A stretch of 59,445 bases of DNA, the filler included. It is 3 parts of 3 records of this genome, joined end to end, with 100 filler letters (N's around TTAATTAATTAA, not from the genome) between each part and the next. Parts side by side here need not be neighbours in the genome. Positions count along the whole stretch, not along the records: positions 52,221 to 59,445 come from SRR20825006_1031; 2 more parts are not named here. One strand, written 5' to 3'. Positions 56,006-59,445 of the stretch are shown piece by piece. The position numbers and the translations under genes are program-made. The notes beneath the pieces were generated by a model. That model saw only the letters and a program-made list of their open reading frames with translations, had not been told where the DNA came from and made no database searches. Positions within the stretch are counted from its first letter, which is position 1. Every line of letters begins with the position of its first letter.

Positions 56006-57424
56006 TTATCCCGTTTGTTCTTGGCTGGCCCACCACCCGGCCGGGTCGAAAGGCTCGTTGTTTTCTCGCAGTTCAATATAGAGGGTCGGCTGGTCGTTTC
56101 CAGCATTGGTGCTGACCGTGCGCCCAATTGTGCGTGATCCCATGGTTCCGAGGGGTTCGCCCATCTGCACGAACTGGCCGATATCGGCGGTGATTGTGTC
56201 AAGGCCAGCAAGCAGCGCCGTATAGCCTCCACCGGCATTGAGAATGACGATCTGGCCATAATTGAGGTAAGGCCCCTTATAGAGCACCCAGCCATCGGCC
56301 GGCGCCAGCACCTGCGCTTCGGCGCGGGTGACGATGGACTGGCCCTGGGCGATGCCGCCCCGACCGTCATTGGCGCCAAAATCGACGACCGTCACGCCAT
56401 TGGCGGGCGGCACCAGATAGCCATTGGCCAGCGGGAAGGGCACGGCCGGCTGGGTGCGGGCCGGGTCGGCAAAGGCCAGCTCAATGGCCTCGGGCGAAAG
56501 CTGGGGCAGCTCGGGATCGGTCGTCGCCGGAGCCGCGGTGGCGCCGGCTGCGGCCCGCTCAGACAGGGCGCCGATCAGTTCGCGCAAGGTGCTGGCGCGT
56601 TCGGCCAGGGCGACGGCCTCGGCCTGCTCGGCCTCAAGCTCGGCGCTCATCTGGGTGATGCCGACCCGGCGTGCCGCAATCAGCGTGGCGATGCGCAATT
56701 GCTCTTCCTCAAGCACCTCGTAATTGGCCCTGAGGGTTTCTTCCTCGGCCAGGGCCGCCAGCTTGATGTCGGTCAGCGCCTGCAGATCGGCGGCGACTGT
56801 ATCAGCCTGCTCGCGCAATTGCGGTAGAATGGCTGCGATCAGCATGGCGCCACGCGCCGAGCCCAGTGCATCACCGGGATCAACAATCAGGGCGGGGGGT
56901 GGATTGAGCGAAATGCGCTGCAGCGCCGCCAGGACATTGGCAATCTCGCCGTCCGCACCATCCAGGCGACCGCGCACTTCGAGCTCACGCACGATCAGCT
57001 CAGAAATGCGCTCTTCCACGTCCGCAACCTCAATTTCAGCGAGCTTGACCCGCTGGGCGGCGGCGATCAAAGCGGCATTCTGCTGGGTGCGATCCCCTTC
57101 CATGGCCTCGATTTCGGCCTTGAGCGCATCGATGCGTTCGCGGCTGAGGGAGAGGGTGGCTTCCACCTCTTCGAGATCGGCGGCATTGTCGTCAGCCGGA
57201 CCGGCGGTCTCATCGGCGGGCGTCGTGGGGTCGTCCACAGGTGTTGGCGCTACCGCCTCGCTGGCCGGATCGAGCGGCAGCGCGGGGCGCAGTTCGACCT
57301 CGGGCACGGTGTCGGGCGCTGGTTCGGGCGCCTCGGTCTGGGCCAGAATGGGCCAGGCGGCTGCGCCGGTCAGCAGGGCGCCTGCCAGCAGGGCCTTGAA
57401 ACGATGTGCCGGCCGCAAGGGCAT
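56006..57424 (-). CDS. Murein hydrolase activator, EnvC family (coiled coil plus degenerate M23 domain)
   Basis: Signal peptide, long coiled coil, C-terminal APADG..YG..LYIELR..PFDP lacking M23 zinc histidines; directly upstream of ctpA. Start trimmed to ATG 57424. Confidence 0.88.
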   Translation of the reverse strand: MPLRPAHRFKALLAGALLTGAAAWPILAQTEAPEPAPDTVPEVELRPALPLDPASEAVAPTPVDDPTTPADETAGPADDNAADLEEVEATLSLSRERIDALKAEIEAMEGDRTQQNAALIAAAQRVKLAEIEVADVEERISELIVRELEVRGRLDGADGEIANVLAALQRISLNPPPALIVDPGDALGSARGAMLIAAILPQLREQADTVAADLQALTDIKLAALAEEETLRANYEVLEEEQLRIATLIAARRVGITQMSAELEAEQAEAVALAERASTLRELIGALSERAAAGATAAPATTDPELPQLSPEAIELAFADPARTQPAVPFPLANGYLVPPANGVTVVDFGANDGRGGIAQGQSIVTRAEAQVLAPADGWVLYKGPYLNYGQIVILNAGGGYTALLAGLDTITADIGQFVQMGEPLGTMGSRTIGRTVSTNAGNDQPTLYIELRENNEPFDPAGWWASQEQTG

Positions 57425-57526
57425 GGCGTCTCCAGAAATAAGGGCAGCGCCCCGAATCAATTGGGGCACTCTAGCAAGTGTGCGGCAAACCGCCGGTTAA
57501 CATTGCTTAACCATATTGCGAGGGCG

Positions 57527-58009
57527 CTAGTCGCCGCGGTGATAGGGATGGCCCGACAATATGGTGGTTGTACGATAGAGCTGCTCGGCCAGCATGATGC
57601 GCACGAGCTGGTGCGGCCAGACCATGGGCGAGAAACTGACCACCAGATCGGCGGAGCGCACCAAATCGGGATCGATGCCATCGGCCCCGCCGATGACAAA
57701 ACCAATTGCCGGGCGCCCATCGTCGCGCCAGCGGCCGATCTGGGCGGCGAAACGCTCCGAATCGATGGCCTTGCCGCGCTCGTCGAGCATCACGGTCACG
57801 CCCTCGGGCAGGGCCGCGCGAAGCGCCTTTGCCTCCTCGGCCTTGCGGGCAGCGGCGCTTCCGGCGCGTGATTCATTGATTTCGGTGACCTCGAAGCCGG
57901 TCAGCGCCAGGGGTTTGCCGCTGGCGCCGGCGCGGTCGAGATAACGGGCCACAAGCTCGCGCTCTGGCCCGTTCTTCATCCGGCCAATGGCCGCAATCGC
58001 AATGCGCAT
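57527..58009 (-). CDS. rlmH: 23S rRNA (pseudouridine1915-N3)-methyltransferase
   Basis: LDERG, FVIGGADG, WPHQLVR, EQLYR, HPYHR. Confidence 0.97.
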   Translation of the reverse strand: MRIAIAAIGRMKNGPERELVARYLDRAGASGKPLALTGFEVTEINESRAGSAAARKAEEAKALRAALPEGVTVMLDERGKAIDSERFAAQIGRWRDDGRPAIGFVIGGADGIDPDLVRSADLVVSFSPMVWPHQLVRIMLAEQLYRTTTILSGHPYHRGD

Positions 58010-58072
58010 GTCTCTTCTGCCGTCGGCTTGCCCGAAAACTGGCGTCCAACTTTCGGGACGACGTCTCGCCGG

Positions 58073-58465
58073 CTAGTGCTGGTCCGCGGCGAAATCGGCC
58101 TGCCACATCTTTTCGATGTTGTAGAATTCGCGCACTTCGGGGCGGAAAATGTGCAGGATCACATCGCCCGCATCGACCAGCACCCAATCGCAATGGGGCA
58201 GGCCTTCGACACGGGGCTTGCCGTAGCCATTCTCGCGCAGGGCGGTGATGACCTGATCGGCCACGGCGCCGACATGGCGCTGCGAACGGCCAGATGTCAC
58301 GATCATGTGGTCGGCCAGCGAGGATTTGCCGGCAATGTCGACCGAGACCGTTTCTTCGGCCTTGGCGTCATCGAGCGTATCGAGAATGAGGTCGATCAGG
58401 GGCTTTTGCGCGCCGGCCATGGCGGCGGGCGTGGCGGCGGAGGTGTTTTCGGGCAGCGCGGCCAT
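58073..58465 (-). CDS. rsfS: Ribosome silencing factor
   Basis: DDAKAE, SGRSQRHV, WVLVDAGDVILHIF, REFYNIEKMW. Start uncertain. Confidence 0.95.
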   Translation of the reverse strand: MAALPENTSAATPAAMAGAQKPLIDLILDTLDDAKAEETVSVDIAGKSSLADHMIVTSGRSQRHVGAVADQVITALRENGYGKPRVEGLPHCDWVLVDAGDVILHIFRPEVREFYNIEKMWQADFAADQH

Positions 58466-58655
58466 CAGAAACGGCCTTCCGCCCATGCGAGAGCACGGGT
58501 CATGCGAGAGATGAGCATCCTTGGTTGTTGATCGGAATGTTGCGGCGTCGTGAAAACGGCAAGCCGTCTGTTCCTGTTCCGGTGACAATGATCACAGTTG
58601 AGCCTGAATATGCGCTTTTGCGGGCGATTTCGCAAGATCAGGGCCAGCCAGAAGC

Positions 58656-59288
58656 TTAACGCGCGTTTCGTGACGCCCTGATGGCGGTGGACGACAGGGC
58701 CGATTGCCGTCCCTGCAGGTAGATCCAGGCCGGCGCCCGGCATCGCGCCAGCAAGGCGGCATCGGTTTCATCGAGCTGTGCATAGTCCAGCGTCGCTGCG
58801 GCCCGGGAGGCCAGGGCACGGCGTGCGGCGCCGGGGCGCACATAGACCGCGAAGGGGATTTTTGTCGCCATGTCGCGCCAGCGCTGCCAGCGATGGAAGT
58901 CGGCGAGGCTGTCCGCGCCCATGATCCAGACAAAGCGCCGGTCGGGCAGGGTGGTGGTCAAAAAATCGATGGTTTGCCAGCTATAGGAAAACCCCTTGGC
59001 GGCCTCAAAGCCGGTGACGCGGATGCGCGGGTCGGTGACGAAGGCGCGGGCGGCCCGGACGCGGTGCTCCAGCGGAGGCAGGCCCGAATTGTCCTTGAGC
59101 GGATTGCCCGGCGTCACCAGAACCCAGAGCGCATGCAGCTCCAGGCGGCGCAGTGTTTCCTCCATGACCAGGCGATGCCCGTCATGCATGGGATTGAAGC
59201 TGCCCCCGAACAGCCCAATGCGCATGCCTGGCGCAGAGGGCGGAACTTCGGTGATGCCGGGAATGCGGAGCGGTGGGCGCAGGGTCAA
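58656..59288 (-). CDS. nadD: Nicotinate-nucleotide adenylyltransferase
   Basis: GLFGGSFNPMHDGH, PGNPLK, WIMGADSL, LSSTAIR. Confidence 0.95.
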   Translation of the reverse strand: MTLRPPLRIPGITEVPPSAPGMRIGLFGGSFNPMHDGHRLVMEETLRRLELHALWVLVTPGNPLKDNSGLPPLEHRVRAARAFVTDPRIRVTGFEAAKGFSYSWQTIDFLTTTLPDRRFVWIMGADSLADFHRWQRWRDMATKIPFAVYVRPGAARRALASRAAATLDYAQLDETDAALLARCRAPAWIYLQGRQSALSSTAIRASRNAR

Positions 59289-59291
59289 AAG

Positions 59292-59445
59292 TTAGGGCCT
59301 CGTCTGCCCGTTGCCGCGGACGCGGTATTTGAAGCTGGTGAGCTGTTCGACCCCTACCGGCCCCCGCGCATGCATCTTGCCCGTGGCAATGCCGATCTCG
59401 CCGCCAAAGCCGAATTCGCCGCCATCGGCGAACTGGGTCGAGGCA
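59292..59445 (-). CDS. proA: Gamma-glutamyl phosphate reductase, C-terminal fragment
   Basis: Manual translation: [50 protein letters not shown]-stop. Confidence 0.95.
   Translation of the reverse strand, partial: ASTQFADGGEFGFGGEIGIATGKMHARGPVGVEQLTSFKYRVRGNGQTRP

Noticed and set aside
56006-56400. Inactivated M23 peptidase as a novelty
   Set aside because: Loss of zinc ligands is the normal state of EnvC-family activators.

Overview
The window is three contigs joined by two artificial 100-bp spacers (44 N + TTAATTAATTAA + 44 N at 28304-28403 and 52121-52220), so adjacency across the spacers carries no biological meaning. Contigs 1 (1-28303) and 2 (28404-52120) look like an Alcanivorax-type hydrocarbon-degrading gammaproteobacterium. 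Contig 1 carries acnA (partial), two large surface lipoproteins (a parallel beta-helix/diheme cytochrome c fusion and an M19/amidohydrolase-fold enzyme) with an ABC1 kinase and LuxR-type regulator, a CPA2 antiporter, a GH114 hydrolase, an ALS-like/ALDH pair, an AraC-ferredoxin-CYP153 module with no reductase, MarR plus a siderophore-interacting protein, and nrdB/nrdA. Contig 2 carries tRNA-Ser (partial)-csrA-lysC-alaS-tauE-recX-recA-cinA-yebC, the wax ester synthase atfA2, a GMC oxidoreductase/acyl-CoA ligase/ALDH/TetR operon, a FecI-FecR-TonB receptor cassette and mutS (partial). Contig 3 (52221-59445) has alphaproteobacterial gene order (proA-nadD-rsfS-rlmH-envC-ctpA-divergent polysaccharide deacetylase-rppH-racemase) and is probably from a different organism. 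The best candidates for something undescribed are the lipoprotein locus at 3877-12689, a family of 7-nt-periodic intergenic hairpins placed right after stop codons, and a reductase-less CYP153 variant next to an FNR-fold flavoprotein. All family assignments come from motifs recognised by eye; no searches were run.
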